NCBI GenBank assembly: GCA_010909165.1
Contig: MU008161.1
Location: 62,001 to 126,000, forward strand
Length of the DNA stretch: 64,000 nucleotides
Direction: 5' to 3'
Source: Anthoceros angustus
Taxonomy: Eukaryota > Plantae > Anthocerotophyta
How positions within the stretch are numbered: the stretch's first letter is position 1; each line of letters starts with the position of its first letter. This document shows, in pieces, positions 62,875-64,000 of the stretch. The notes under the pieces were generated by a model. That model was not told the DNA's origin. It was given only the letters and a program-made list of their open reading frames with translations, and did no database searches. Both the position numbers and the translations under genes were made by a program.

Positions 62875-64000
62875 TGTAAGTAGTGGTGGTAAGACTTAGC
62901 TTAGGGCTTAAGGAAGAAAGTCTGCTTTTAGCATTACTTTGAAATGATGTAAGCCTCCTATATAAGGAGATGAGGCTAGCCCTAGAGATATATCTTGTGA
63001 TCCTAGCATGGGAGCTACACTCTTGAGGATAGGACTTTGGAGCCTAAAGGCCTTGGGAGCCGGAGTGTGAGCATGTCTAGAAGGATCCTAGCACTTGGGA
63101 GCTACACTCTTGTGAGGATAGGACTTTGGTGCCTAGAGGCTTTGGAGCCTAGAGTGAGCGTGCTAGAGGAGAGCTGAGGAGGAGATCGAGGGAGAGCTAA
63201 GCTCCTAGCTTAGGCAAAGATGGGAGCTCTCTCGATCTCTCATGTATTCTTGTTGACTCTTCTGGAATAAATAGCAGCGCAGATGCCGTGCGAGTCGTCC
63301 GTGGAAGGACGGCGGGCTACTTGGAGGCCTAGTGGTGTCTGGTGATGTTTTTGTCGCTAATCGCGTGATCGCCCCACCTCGAAAAGGGGTGTTACTTGTG
63401 GTATCGAGCTCAAGGTTGAAGCATCTTTTAGCTAGGACGCTAGCCGGAGATGGCCGATCTCAAGAGCCAGGAGGCGAGAGAATACGGCGAAGAAAGAGAA
63501 GGCTCCTATGGTGGAGACCCAGTGGATGAGCCTCGGATGGAGCCACTAATCGGAACGGCAGAGGCATACCTGGGTCAAGACCGTCACCATGCCGCAAGAG
63601 GAGCTTCAAAATCTTTTGAGGAGAATGGAAGCTCTAGAGCAACAAGTACAAGGAAAAAGAAAGCTCGATGAAGCATAGAAGGATGATGAACAGGACGAAT
63701 TGGAGCCTGGCCCAGAAAAGAGTAGAGCAAGGAGACCCAAGAAGTTGAGGCTAAGCGTTCAGCCCCCAGATAGGTATAAGGGTGAACGAGATGTGGAGAA
63801 AATCAATTCGTGGTTTTTCTCATTGGAAGGATACTTTCTGTCGCAAAGGATTCCGCAGGAAGAGTATCTAGATCACATCGTTAACTTCTTAGAAGGGTAC
63901 GCTCTTACTTGGTGGAGAACTTATGTTCAGAGTATTGAACAGGGTAATAGAGTGGAAACTATTTCCACCTGGGCAGAATTCAAAGATGCACTGCAACTTC
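62875..64000 (+). mobile_element. Ty3/gypsy 5' end: LTR, iMet-type PBS and gag (runs off the window)
   Basis: PBS TGGTATCGAGC at 63399-63409. Gag PDRYKGERD..INSWFFSLEGYF...FLEGYALTWW...TWAEFKDAL. An ~86-bp duplication lies within the LTR (63000-63150). LTR start approximate. Confidence 0.88.

Overview
Repeat-rich eukaryotic nuclear DNA, most likely from a non-seed land plant. That assignment is inferred from a PLS-class PPR gene, a plant UTR5-like transporter and introns of about 80-100 bp. Positions 1-45 kb are nested transposons. They include a complete 13.4-kb CACTA/En-Spm element with CCCTA termini and a TGT target-site duplication, copia fragments, and degenerate LTR-related repeats. The highlight is a minus-strand Ty3/gypsy element (~34.6-44.0 kb) whose polyprotein reads Gag(2xCCHC) - protease - C5 cytosine DNA methyltransferase (DNMT3-like) - RT - RNase H - integrase - PHD finger. 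Positions 45-64 kb hold three host genes (DUF4098-like, UTR5-like transporter, secreted alpha/beta-hydrolase), a disrupted PDF-motif+PPR gene, a (TA)n(GA)n microsatellite and further copia and gypsy 5' ends. Repeats carry many small indels while the host genes look clean, so some frameshifts and duplications may be consensus or assembly errors. Domain calls come from motif recognition by eye, and most boundaries are approximate.
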